A DNA stretch of 64,000 nucleotides from Thermoanaerobaculia bacterium (GTDB taxonomy: Bacteria; Acidobacteriota; Thermoanaerobaculia; UBA5066): contig CAWFJJ010000029.1 in assembly GCA_963816185.1 (NCBI GenBank), forward strand, positions 128,001 through 192,000, read 5' to 3'. The notes below the pieces were generated by a model. That model did no database searches and had not been told where the DNA came from. It saw only the letters and a program-made list of their open reading frames with translations. The translations under genes and the position numbers were made by a program. Below are positions 30,797-40,184 of the stretch, one piece after another; the first letter of the stretch is position 1; each line of letters begins with the position of its first letter.

Positions 30797-32457
30797 GGGC
30801 CGATCCTCACGGAGGTCACGTGCCCGTCGGGACCGATCCGGCTCGCCCGCTGCTTGGCGAAGTCTGCAAGATGAAGGACCGGCCGCTCGGCCGGCGAGAG
30901 CGAGAGCACATGGGCCACGATGGCCCACCGGTCCGCCTCGCTCTCAATGGCCGGGCCGTAAGAGGGCATGGGCGTTCCGTTCAGGCCGCCGACCATCGTT
31001 CGGTAGATGTCGGCCGGCTCTTGCCCGTTCTTGAAGGTCCACTTGTAGGTCAGGTTCGTCGCCTGGATCGGCTGCCCCCAGTCGTCCGTCAGCGTCGCGG
31101 CGGACGGACCGTCGCCCCGCCCCGTGTCGCCGTGACACTTGCCGCACTGGAGCTTCTTCCAGATCACGGCCCCGCGCTGCGCGAGGGAAGGGAGATCGGC
31201 GGGCTGCTGGCTGACCGGAAGGGCCGCGGGCGCCTTGTTCGCCGCCCAGGCCTCCGCGAAACGGGACGAGAAGACGACGAGATAGCGGGAGACGTCGTGG
31301 ATCTGCTCCGGCGTCAGGAACTGTCGCCACGCCGGCATCGTCGTCGAAGGCACGCCGATCCCGACGATCCGCTCGACATCTCCGATCGTCGGGAAGTCGC
31401 CGCTTTGCGTGGACCTGAACTTGTAGATGCCTTTGCGGAAATCCCGTGGCTTGACGTCGAACCCTGCCGCGAGGAACCCGGCCCCGTCCCCCTGAATGCC
31501 GTGGCAGGGAGTGCACTGGGCGAGGTAAACGACCTGGCCGCGCTTCATGGCCTCCGCCTCGCGCAGGCCGTCCGGGACCGGAATGGAAGGCGGAGACGGG
31601 TCATACCGCTTCGCCTCCGCCACGCCGGGCTGAGGCCCCCGGTCCGTCACATACCCGACCCGGGCCAGAGGCTCGGCGGGCGGATTCTGCCGGGCCCAGT
31701 TGCCTCGCGAGGCGAAGCCGGGCCCGAAACGGTCGTACATCTGGAAGAAGTCGACGGCCCGGCAGTCCGTGACGACCTCCCGCACCTCGTGGTAATAGCG
31801 CTCGTAGCTGTAGCTGAATGCGACCCCCTGGCCGGCGAGCATATGGAGCTTGCGAGCCGCGGTGTCGACGGTCCCCTCCTGGTGAAAGACGTACCGGTAG
31901 AGCGGGCTCGCGGCGCCCCCCTCGTACTCGAGAAAATCGATCCAGGCCTTCGGCGAGACCGGGTCGATCTCCGTGAGGCGGTCCTTGACGTTGACTCCGT
32001 AGACTCCGCCGTACTTCTCGAAGAAATCGGGGAACATCGTGTCGGTCCAGCGGTGCTCGCCCGTGACGTGCCCGATCGTGAAGCCGAAGCTGGCCAGGGT
32101 GTCGCGCTCCCAATGCGACCCCGGCGCCCAGTGGAAGATGACGCCGCCCTTGGGTCCGTCCCAGCCGGTCCCGCCGTAGGCCTCCACCTGGTGCTCGGCG
32201 AGCTTGTTGTTGAAGGCCCAGAAGACGAAGTCGATCCACCTCGGATCCCCCGGTACCAGCGTGAGGGTGTCGTCCGAGAGGTCGGCGTTCGGGTTATACG
32301 ACGTCCTGACACCCTTGCACCGCTCCTGCCATTTCTCCTTGGTCCAGGCCATCCGGCTGAGGTGCTCCTTGTTCGAGACGCGGGAGCGGGCGCAGCCGGT
32401 GAGAACCAATGGCGTCAGGGCAAGGACGAGAAGAAGCCGGAGTTTCCGTCTTTGCAT
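30793..32457 (-). CDS. lipoprotein with uncharacterised N-terminal domain and C-terminal diheme cytochrome c
   Basis: AAGGAGG RBS; lipobox LTGC; CTPCH and CGKCH, each with a later MP (distal Met); PRDFRKGIYKFRST motif. Confidence 0.82.
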   Translation of the reverse strand: MQRRKLRLLLVLALTPLVLTGCARSRVSNKEHLSRMAWTKEKWQERCKGVRTSYNPNADLSDDTLTLVPGDPRWIDFVFWAFNNKLAEHQVEAYGGTGWDGPKGGVIFHWAPGSHWERDTLASFGFTIGHVTGEHRWTDTMFPDFFEKYGGVYGVNVKDRLTEIDPVSPKAWIDFLEYEGGAASPLYRYVFHQEGTVDTAARKLHMLAGQGVAFSYSYERYYHEVREVVTDCRAVDFFQMYDRFGPGFASRGNWARQNPPAEPLARVGYVTDRGPQPGVAEAKRYDPSPPSIPVPDGLREAEAMKRGQVVYLAQCTPCHGIQGDGAGFLAAGFDVKPRDFRKGIYKFRSTQSGDFPTIGDVERIVGIGVPSTTMPAWRQFLTPEQIHDVSRYLVVFSSRFAEAWAANKAPAALPVSQQPADLPSLAQRGAVIWKKLQCGKCHGDTGRGDGPSAATLTDDWGQPIQATNLTYKWTFKNGQEPADIYRTMVGGLNGTPMPSYGPAIESEADRWAIVAHVLSLSPAERPVLHLADFAKQRASRIGPDGHVTSVRIGP

Positions 32458-32564
32458 CGCGAGGCCTCCTTGGCCGGGGACGATGGAGCCCTCGCCAATA
32501 TGAGGCGCGGGATCTCGCGTCGCGATGATCCCGGTCATACGAAGACGTCGCGAAACGGGGAATT

Positions 32565-33983
32565 CTACCTCCCGTAGCGCTCCTTGTAGAACTCGTCGAT
32601 TTTCTGCCGCTCCTCCGGCGAGAGGCCTCTTTTCCACACGTGCCGGGGATCGTCCTCGACGGCCTTGATCGCGGCCAGCACCTTCGCATCGCCCTTGGCG
32701 GCTTCGCGCGCCTGGGGGAGGAACTTGGTGTAGAAGTTCTCCGCCACCTCGAAGAAGCCGTGCCACTGGACGAAATCCGGCCCCTGCATCGCGGCGCCCA
32801 TGCGCGCCCGGCGGCCCTCGTGGTGCCAGAGCCGGTAGAACGTCCACTCGATCTCCTCGTCGAACGGCGTTGGGGTGAGCTTTCCGGCTTCGCGGAGCGC
32901 GGTCATGATGCTCTGCGCGGGCTGGGCGAACTTTGTGTTCCACAGGTCGACAGTGTCGTCGTACGACTTGTAGAACGAGTCGATGAAGGCGCCGCCGTGG
33001 CAGTTCGTGCAGACGCCCTTCATGGAGGCGCGCTTCTTCTCCCAGCCCTCCTGCTTCTTCGAGACGACGGGCCTGAGCGTCCAGGAGATCCGCGCCCCGA
33101 CGTCGTGCGTGAGGGGCTGTTTCGCCGTGGCCGACATGTGACACGTGGCGCACGTCGGAGCGGCCGTGTAATCGCGGCCCACGACCCACGTCGGGGACGA
33201 GAGGTTCATCTCGGACTTCCGCGTGCGGTACGCGATGCCGTGCTTGCTCTCCTCATAGATCTCGGCCTGCGGGTGATCAGGCCCGAGATGGCACTTGCCG
33301 CAGACCTCGGGCTGGCGCGCCATGGCCTTCGAGAAGGTGTGCCGGCTGTGGCACGCCGAGCAGGCTCCGCGCGAGCCGTCGGGATTCACGCGCCCGATGC
33401 CGGTGTTCGGCCAGGTCGCGGGGCCGAAGACGGGCGCGCCGATCGCGCTCTTCTGGTCGGAGCCGTCGGCGTTCTTCAGGGTGGCGAGCGTCGAGCCGTG
33501 ACACTGCCAGCAGCCGTTCACCGCGGCGAGCCGGCCCTCGACGACCTCGCCGAGCACGTTGTCGAGCGATCCGATGAACTGCGCCGCGCTCGCATGGTGA
33601 CTTCTCTCGAATTCGTCCACGATGTCGCCGTGACAGGGCGCGCAGGCCTTCGGCGAGACCGCCGTGACGATGGTCGCACCCTCGTGCTTCCAGGCCCCGG
33701 GATCCTTCGCCTCGGCGTTGTGACATTCCCAGCAGCCGATCCCCTGCGCGCCGTGCTTGCTGTCCCTCCACTGGGCCACGATTCCCGGCGTCTTCAGCGT
33801 GTGGCAGGCCACGCACGGCTTGCTCTCGTCGCTCAGGGGGCCGATCTCGGGAACGCGGCTCTTCACCTTTGCCGGGGCTTTCGGGGGAGGGACCTTCGAT
33901 TCCGCTCCCGTCGAGGTGCCGGCGAGGAGGAGGAACGGGAGAATCGCGAGGGTGGGCCTCGCGAGGGAGAGTCCAAGTCTCAT
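32565..33983 (-). CDS. octaheme cytochrome c, hydroxylamine oxidoreductase (HAO) family, reductive/epsilon-HAO-like
   Basis: Eight CxxCH (CVACH, CWECH, CAPCH, CWQCH, CSACH, CGKCH, CATCH, CTNCH); GPDHPQ.EIY.ESKHG; C-terminal HHEGRRARMGAAMQGPDFVQWHG; signal peptide; CAGGAGG RBS. Confidence 0.88.
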   Translation of the reverse strand: MRLGLSLARPTLAILPFLLLAGTSTGAESKVPPPKAPAKVKSRVPEIGPLSDESKPCVACHTLKTPGIVAQWRDSKHGAQGIGCWECHNAEAKDPGAWKHEGATIVTAVSPKACAPCHGDIVDEFERSHHASAAQFIGSLDNVLGEVVEGRLAAVNGCWQCHGSTLATLKNADGSDQKSAIGAPVFGPATWPNTGIGRVNPDGSRGACSACHSRHTFSKAMARQPEVCGKCHLGPDHPQAEIYEESKHGIAYRTRKSEMNLSSPTWVVGRDYTAAPTCATCHMSATAKQPLTHDVGARISWTLRPVVSKKQEGWEKKRASMKGVCTNCHGGAFIDSFYKSYDDTVDLWNTKFAQPAQSIMTALREAGKLTPTPFDEEIEWTFYRLWHHEGRRARMGAAMQGPDFVQWHGFFEVAENFYTKFLPQAREAAKGDAKVLAAIKAVEDDPRHVWKRGLSPEERQKIDEFYKERYGR

Positions 33984-34040
33984 GACGACCTCCTGAAATA
34001 GCACGTCGAGCCTATCGCGCCCGCAAGAGAGCGCAAGCGC

Positions 34041-35000
34041 TCAAACGGCCGGAGGTTCTGCTCCGGGCTCCTCGCCCCCCACTTCCTCCGCGACGAGATA
34101 GAGCGGCCGGCCCTTCACCTCATCGTAGATGCGGCCGAGGTACTCCCCGAGGACGCCGATGACCGTGAGCTGCACGCCGCCCAGGAGCAGGACGAAGACC
34201 ATGAGCGTCGTCCACCCGGGCACGTTGATCTTCAGGATCCAGAGGACGAGGACGACGAGGATGTAGAGAAACGCGAAGGCCGAGACGAGGAAGCCGAGCC
34301 ACGTCGCGAGCTGGAGCGGCACGTGGCTGAACGACGTGAGCCCGTCGAGCGCGAAGCGCAGCATCTTGCGCAGCGGGAACTTGGTCTCGCCGCGCGTGCG
34401 CGGCGGCCGCACGTACGGAACGCCCACCTGGCGGAAGCCGACCCACGCCGTCATGCCGCGGATGAAGCGGTGCCGCTCGCGCAGGCGACGGAAGGCCGCC
34501 ACGGCGAGCGGGCCCATGAGACGAAAGTCGCCGACGTCCACCGGGATCTCCACGTTCGTCCAGCGCTCGAGGAGCCTGTAGAAGACGTGCGCCGTCCAGA
34601 GCTTGAACGCGCTCTCGCCTTCCCGTTTCGTCCGCTGCGCGTAGACGACCTCGTACCCTTCGTCGATCTTCTCGAGCATCTCGGACAGGAGCTCGGGCGG
34701 GTCCTGCAGATCCGCGTCCATCACGGCCACGATCCGGCCGCGCGCGGCGTCGACGCCCGCGGTGAGCGCCATCTGGTGGCCGAAATTGCGCGAGAACCGG
34801 AGAGCCCTCAGGCGCGGGTCCTTCCGGGCGAAGGCCGCCATCTTCTCGAAGGAAGCGTCCGCGCTGCCGTCGTCGACGTAGACGATCTCCCAGGTGCGGC
34901 CCGTGGCCGTGAGGACGCGCGTCAAGCGCTCGTTCAGCTCGTCGAGGTTGTCGGCCTCGTTGAAGACCGGCAGCGCGACGGAGATCTCGGGTCGGTTCAC
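34041..35000 (-). CDS. GT2 polyprenol-phosphate glycosyltransferase (GtrB/ArnC-like)
   Basis: PVFNE, VDDGS, FSRNFGHQ, MDADLQDPP, GDFRLM, two C-terminal TM helices, GEYLGRIY.EVK.RP. Confidence 0.9.
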   Translation of the reverse strand: MNRPEISVALPVFNEADNLDELNERLTRVLTATGRTWEIVYVDDGSADASFEKMAAFARKDPRLRALRFSRNFGHQMALTAGVDAARGRIVAVMDADLQDPPELLSEMLEKIDEGYEVVYAQRTKREGESAFKLWTAHVFYRLLERWTNVEIPVDVGDFRLMGPLAVAAFRRLRERHRFIRGMTAWVGFRQVGVPYVRPPRTRGETKFPLRKMLRFALDGLTSFSHVPLQLATWLGFLVSAFAFLYILVVLVLWILKINVPGWTTLMVFVLLLGGVQLTVIGVLGEYLGRIYDEVKGRPLYLVAEEVGGEEPGAEPPAV

Positions 35001-36721
35001 GACGTGCTCCCGGGCGCCGCAGGCGACGGCGAGGAAGGCGCGGGCGAGGGCGGCGGCGCGGGCGGAGCCGCCGTCGCGGTCCTCCGGAAGACCGTCACCC
35101 ACACCGCCCCGATGGGGTTGTTGCCGTCGGCGCGGGCCCAGGTCTGGCGCGTAAACAGGTAGACGAGGAGCTGCTTGAGGCTCGGCCTGAGCGGCGAAAG
35201 GGAGGTGTCGGGAATCCACCAGGCACGAAACGGCACGCGGTCGCGTTTGTACGCCGGACCGAGGATCTCCGCCTGTTTGTCGGCCTCGCTCTCGTCGCAC
35301 AGGACGATCGGCGGGCGGAGGTCTCCCTTCGGCGCCTGCCAGTTCACGGGCGCGTTGCGCACGTACCAGCTCATCGGCCAGCCCGCCTCGCCCGAAATGA
35401 TGGCGGCCGGCACTTCGCCGGCCTTCCCGTACGCGAGGATCTCGTCCACGAGGCCCAGCATCTCGGGACAAGTCTGGACCTGGATCGTCGACTCGGCCTT
35501 GCGCGAATTGGGCGTCAGGACGGGGTAGACGAAGGAGAAAACCGCTGCGGTGAGAAACGACGCGGCCGCCATCGCCGCGCCGGCGAGCCTCCAGCGCGCG
35601 CCTTTTTCGGCGAGAAGCGCCCACGCGGCCCCGGCGAGCGGAATGAACGGAAGCACCTGATGGACGATGAGCCAGCCCGCCTTCTCGCCGAGCCAGGCGT
35701 ACATCGCGACGGAAGAGAGCGCCCAGCCCGTCAGGAAGCGCTCGGCATACGTGAAGCGCGACCAGCGCGTGGCGATCAGCGCAAGCGCCGGCAGGATGAT
35801 CGCGAACTCGTATTGCAGGAGACGCGGCAGGTAGAACGTCTTCGGCCCGCCGACGCGCTCCATCTTGTGCTGGCCCCACCAATACCCAATCGCCTCGAAA
35901 ACGGGATTGCCCGACTCGGGATGGGTCAGAAACACCGTGTAGAGGACCTCGGACACGCAGAAGAAGAGCAGGAGCGCTCCGAGGAGCGGGACGGTATGCG
36001 CCTCGAGCCAGTCGATGAGACGGCGCAGCCGGTTCCACACGTCCAGACCGCGGCCGGGCTCCATCCAGGCGACCCCGACCGAGGGGACCATGAGCGCGAG
36101 GAGGACGTAGAAGTTCTCTTTCGAGGCGAAGGCGACGGACGCCGAAAGCGCGGCGTAACAGAGATCGCGGAGGCGCCCACGCTGCAGATACTGATCCAGC
36201 CACAGGAACAGGCCTGCCGTCCCGAGAAGGCTCCAGACGTCGTCGCGGCAGAAGCGGGTGTAGTAGAGAAAGTTCGGCGAGAACGCCGCGAGCGCGCCGG
36301 CCGCGAATGCCGTTGCCGCACCGAAGCGGCGTCTCAGGAGGAGCGCCATCGCCGAAAGGGCGATGCCGGCGAGCGCGGCCGGGAGGCGCGCCGTGAAGTC
36401 GGACGAGCCGTCCCACGTCTTCGCGTCGGGGATGCCGAAAACGACGCCCGCGACCTTCCCGACGGCGGAGGCGGCCTTGAACACGATCGCGACCGCGTAG
36501 TACTGGACCGGCCCGTGGTAGACGGGGTCGTACTTGTACGTGCCGTCCTTGAGGAGGCGGAGCGCGGCCCACGCGTGGATCGACTCGTCGTGGTGGAAGG
36601 CGTGCGTCCCGAGCTGGACGAGATGGAGGAGGGCCGAGAGCGCGAGGAGCGCGATCCAGGCCTTCTTCTCGAAGGCCGAAAAAGGCGTTTCGGAGCCGGA
36701 GGACGGCGCGGCAGCGCTCAT
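34997..36721 (-). CDS. TIGR03663-type (Agl23-like) GT-C membrane protein
   Basis: HAFHHDESIHA, YKYDPVYHGP, LYYTRF.R.D, SKEN, YWWGQH, EK..WL..H. Confidence 0.8.
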   Translation of the reverse strand: MSAAAPSSGSETPFSAFEKKAWIALLALSALLHLVQLGTHAFHHDESIHAWAALRLLKDGTYKYDPVYHGPVQYYAVAIVFKAASAVGKVAGVVFGIPDAKTWDGSSDFTARLPAALAGIALSAMALLLRRRFGAATAFAAGALAAFSPNFLYYTRFCRDDVWSLLGTAGLFLWLDQYLQRGRLRDLCYAALSASVAFASKENFYVLLALMVPSVGVAWMEPGRGLDVWNRLRRLIDWLEAHTVPLLGALLLFFCVSEVLYTVFLTHPESGNPVFEAIGYWWGQHKMERVGGPKTFYLPRLLQYEFAIILPALALIATRWSRFTYAERFLTGWALSSVAMYAWLGEKAGWLIVHQVLPFIPLAGAAWALLAEKGARWRLAGAAMAAASFLTAAVFSFVYPVLTPNSRKAESTIQVQTCPEMLGLVDEILAYGKAGEVPAAIISGEAGWPMSWYVRNAPVNWQAPKGDLRPPIVLCDESEADKQAEILGPAYKRDRVPFRAWWIPDTSLSPLRPSLKQLLVYLFTRQTWARADGNNPIGAVWVTVFRRTATAAPPAPPPSPAPSSPSPAAPGSTS

Positions 36722-38808
36722 TTCAGGATCTCGAAGATCGCGGCATCGCCGGTCGCGAAGGCGCGGCGGAAGTTCGCGCGCATCGGGAACGCATTCGGGC
36801 CGAAGTCGCGTTTCTCGAGCGCGCCGACGAAGACATAGCGCACGTTGTACGCGTGCAGAATTTTGAAAACCGACTCGGAATCCTCGGACGTGTAGATCGC
36901 CCTGAGATCGCGTTTGCGGGCCGAGGTCTCGGCGACGGAGCCGCCGCCCCGCCAGAGGCCCTCGTGGTTCTCCCACCCGAGAACGGTCGGCAGGCCCGAG
37001 GCGGCGCCGATGCGGCCGTAGTCGCTGTACGCGTTGCCCGTGGCCTCCGCGAGGACGGCGCCCTCCACGGCGTGCGTCCGAAGCCAGAAGATGGCCTCGC
37101 GGTCGCCGGGCGCCTCGCGCGTCATCCAGCGCAAGCCGTCGAGCCCGTCGAGGGGCCCGCTCCAGCTGGCGCGGACCGCGATTGCCGAGAGAGGATGCGC
37201 GAGGGCGGCGCCGAGCGCGGCCACGATCGCTGTGCGGATGAAAACGCGCGCGTGGCGCGAGGCGAGCGCGAGCGGGAGAAGCAGCGCACCCCCCAGCGCG
37301 AGAAGGGGCCAGGCGCCCATGAAGCACTTGAAGACCGTGTTCATGCGGCGCATCGACTCTCCGTAGGAATCCGAGACGAGGACGACATCGGGCACGGCCG
37401 CGAGGACCGCACCCGCCGCGGCCAGGAGAAGACCGGCCCTCAACGCGCCCGCGGGCCGCTCGGGCTCGGCTGGCCCCTTCTCCCTCAGCAGAAGCCAGGC
37501 GACGCCTGCGGCGAAGGCGGCCGCAAGCGAGAAGACGGGCTTCTGCGTGAGGACGACGAGAGCGAGAGCGAGCGCCGGAAACGCACACGCCGCCACGAGC
37601 GCCCGGTCGGCGCGCGCCTGGCTGCGCACGAGCGCGATTCCGAAAGCGAGCGCCGGAATCACGGCGAGAACACCGAAGTGAAGAAAGGCGTCCGCCGCGC
37701 CCGTCCCTTCCTTCCACCACGAAAGCCCGCTGAACTTGGGACGCGGGGAGAGCCAGAACGTCAGGAGAAAGATCCCCGCGGGAACGAGCGTCGCGAGACT
37801 CCGGATGAAGGCGGGCTTGAAGTTTCGCTCGGCGAGGTTGCCGGCGCCCAGGATGAGGAGCGAGGCGGGAAGGTCCCACGGGTTCGCCGAGACGACGGCC
37901 GCGAGGAGCAGGGCGTCGAGCAGGGTCCCCGAAACGCGCCCGACGCGGCCCGCGAGGCCGAGAAGCGTCACGAGAAACGGGAACGTGACGGCGTGCGGGT
38001 GAAGATCTCCGAGGCGGAACGTGAAGAGCGGCCACTCGGTGATCGTGTTCGGGTTCTCGACGCGCCGCGAGGACAGCCACCAGTCGAGGTCGACGAGCTT
38101 CTTGCCCGAAAGGAACTGGCGGGCCCCGTCGAACGTCCCGCCGAGAATGAGAAGGAGCCCGCCGAAGGTCGCGATGAGAGTCCCGCCCCGCCTCGCGCGG
38201 ATCGCGCCGAACCCCGCGAGCGACGCGAGCGCGGGCAACAGCGCGGCGATGAGGTTGTAGGCGTACTCCGACGGCACGCGAGCCGCGCGCGCGGGGAGCG
38301 CGAAGAGGTACGTCCCGAAGTAATAGTAGGGAAAGCGCTCCCCGGAGAGCCAAGGGTCTACGAACGGCAGCCGTGAGGTCGTCATGAGGCCCGAGAGGAC
38401 CGCGAAGTCCATCGGCTTTTCGGTCTGGCGGATCTCGCCGAACGTCCAGCGGATCCAAAGGAAGAAGACGAAGACTCCGAGGAAAAGCGCCACGGGGACG
38501 AGTCGCGCCCGGGAGCGAGGAACGACGCCTAAGAGGTCGGTGCCGCCCCACAGAAGGCCTCCGGTGAGGGCGAGGAACGCGAGGGGCAGCGCGAGCCGGG
38601 CGATCGGAACGTAGAAGAACGACGACAACAGCCAGCCGGGCGTTGCCGCGAGGACGAGGCCAACCGGGATCGCGAAGGAAAGCACGGCGTCGGCGCGGGA
38701 ATCCGGCTCCGCCTCGTCTCCGCGGAAAAGGCGGGCGAGCACGGCGGCGCCCGACGCACCGGCCAGGAGGAGGACGAAGGCGAAGAGAAGCGCCGTCGGG
38801 ACCGTCAC
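36718..38808 (-). CDS. DUF2298 (TIGR03662, YYY-domain) membrane protein
   Basis: EKPMDF, DPWLSG...PYYYFG, ITEWP.FTF.LGDLHPH, N.WD, RMNTVFK, LDG, GLPTVLGW..HE..WR. Confidence 0.85.
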   Translation of the reverse strand: MTVPTALLFAFVLLLAGASGAAVLARLFRGDEAEPDSRADAVLSFAIPVGLVLAATPGWLLSSFFYVPIARLALPLAFLALTGGLLWGGTDLLGVVPRSRARLVPVALFLGVFVFFLWIRWTFGEIRQTEKPMDFAVLSGLMTTSRLPFVDPWLSGERFPYYYFGTYLFALPARAARVPSEYAYNLIAALLPALASLAGFGAIRARRGGTLIATFGGLLLILGGTFDGARQFLSGKKLVDLDWWLSSRRVENPNTITEWPLFTFRLGDLHPHAVTFPFLVTLLGLAGRVGRVSGTLLDALLLAAVVSANPWDLPASLLILGAGNLAERNFKPAFIRSLATLVPAGIFLLTFWLSPRPKFSGLSWWKEGTGAADAFLHFGVLAVIPALAFGIALVRSQARADRALVAACAFPALALALVVLTQKPVFSLAAAFAAGVAWLLLREKGPAEPERPAGALRAGLLLAAAGAVLAAVPDVVLVSDSYGESMRRMNTVFKCFMGAWPLLALGGALLLPLALASRHARVFIRTAIVAALGAALAHPLSAIAVRASWSGPLDGLDGLRWMTREAPGDREAIFWLRTHAVEGAVLAEATGNAYSDYGRIGAASGLPTVLGWENHEGLWRGGGSVAETSARKRDLRAIYTSEDSESVFKILHAYNVRYVFVGALEKRDFGPNAFPMRANFRRAFATGDAAIFEILK

Positions 38809-38864
38809 GGAACGGTTTCAAGGTAGCACAACACCATTCCCCGCACCGGCTTACACTCGAAAGA

Positions 38865-40181
38865 ATGGTGGCCGATTCGCCCCGCGTGGCCGTGATCGGC
38901 GGCGGCCTCGCCGGCCTCGTCGCCGCGGATCGCCTGCTCGGAGCGGGCGTCCCCGTCACGCTCTTCGAGAAATATCCCGACGCCGGGGGCCTCGTCGGCA
39001 TCGTGACGGTGGGAGGGACGCCGCTCGAGAGGTACTACCACCACCTCTTCACGAGCGACGTCGACTACGTCTCCTTCGCGAAGGAGTTCGGCTTCGAAAA
39101 GGAAATCCTCTGGCTGAAGTCGCGCATGGGCTTCCTTTCGGGCGGCAGGCTCTACGACTTCGGCACCCCGGCCTCGCTCCTCGGATTCAAGCCGCTCGGA
39201 CTCTCCGGCAGGCTTCAGTTCGTCCTTTCGACGCTCAAGCTCAGGCAGAGCTCCGACTGGAAGGGGCTCGAAGGCGAGACGGCCATGGGCTGGATGCGGA
39301 AGAACGGTTACGGCCGCGCGCTCGACGCCGTGTGGGGGCCGCTCCTGCGGCAGAAGTACGGGCGCCGCGCGGAAGATGTCGGGTTGGTGTGGTTGTGGGG
39401 AAAGATCACTCTTCGGACGCGCTCTCGCGACGAGACGGGCCTCGGCGAGCGCCTCGGCTACGTGAAGGGCTCTTTCGGGCGCGGCGTCGCGGCGGTTCTC
39501 CAGCGCGTGAGAGAGCGCGGCGGCGACGTGCGCACGTCGCGTCCGGTCCGCATCGTGAAGCGCTCAGCCGGGGGCTTCGACGTGACGTTCGCGGGCGGCA
39601 CGGAGACGTTCGATCTCGTCCTCTCGACCGTCGCGATCCCCGAGCTGCTCAGGCTCGCGCCGGATCTCCCGGAGGAGACCCGCCTGCGGTGGAGCGCGAT
39701 CTCTTACTGCCACGCTTTGTGCCCGATCCTCGAGCTCGACCGGCCGCTCTCGCCGTATTACTGGCTCAACGTGGGGGACGACGCGATGCCGTTCGGCGGC
39801 GTCATCGAGCACACGAACTTCCTCCCGCCTTCGGATTACGGCGGGCGGCACGTCGTGTACCTGTCGAACTACGTCCTGCCCGACGACCCGAAGTGGAAGA
39901 AGCGCGACGAGGAGCTGTGGGCCGAGTACCTCCCGGCGCTCCGGGTCGTGAACGGTGCGTTCGACGAGAGCTGGATCCTCGCGAAGCAGATCGGGCGCGC
40001 CGAATACGCACAGCCCATCATCGTGCCGAACTACTCGAAGCTCCTCCCGCCGCTTCAGACTCCCGTCCCCGGGCTCTGGTCCGCCTGCATGGCGCAGACG
40101 TACCCGGAGGACCGAGGCCAGAATTACGCGATCCGCATCGGGCGCGAGGCGGCAGACGCGATCGTGAAGACGCTGCGCTGA
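38865..40181 (+). CDS. FAD-dependent oxidoreductase (amine oxidase / protoporphyrinogen oxidase-like fold)
   Basis: [40 protein letters not shown]. Confidence 0.82.
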   Translation: MVADSPRVAVIGGGLAGLVAADRLLGAGVPVTLFEKYPDAGGLVGIVTVGGTPLERYYHHLFTSDVDYVSFAKEFGFEKEILWLKSRMGFLSGGRLYDFGTPASLLGFKPLGLSGRLQFVLSTLKLRQSSDWKGLEGETAMGWMRKNGYGRALDAVWGPLLRQKYGRRAEDVGLVWLWGKITLRTRSRDETGLGERLGYVKGSFGRGVAAVLQRVRERGGDVRTSRPVRIVKRSAGGFDVTFAGGTETFDLVLSTVAIPELLRLAPDLPEETRLRWSAISYCHALCPILELDRPLSPYYWLNVGDDAMPFGGVIEHTNFLPPSDYGGRHVVYLSNYVLPDDPKWKKRDEELWAEYLPALRVVNGAFDESWILAKQIGRAEYAQPIIVPNYSKLLPPLQTPVPGLWSACMAQTYPEDRGQNYAIRIGREAADAIVKTLR

Positions 40182-40184
40182 GCC

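Noticed and set aside
32565-33983. Evidence for ammonia oxidation or anammox
   Set aside because: Cross-link Tyr appears absent; no amo, cycA/cycB or hzs genes in the window
38865-40181. hemY/hemG protoporphyrinogen oxidase call
   Set aside because: Only the FAD fold is shared; no heme-biosynthesis context, and the neighbours are glycosylation genes
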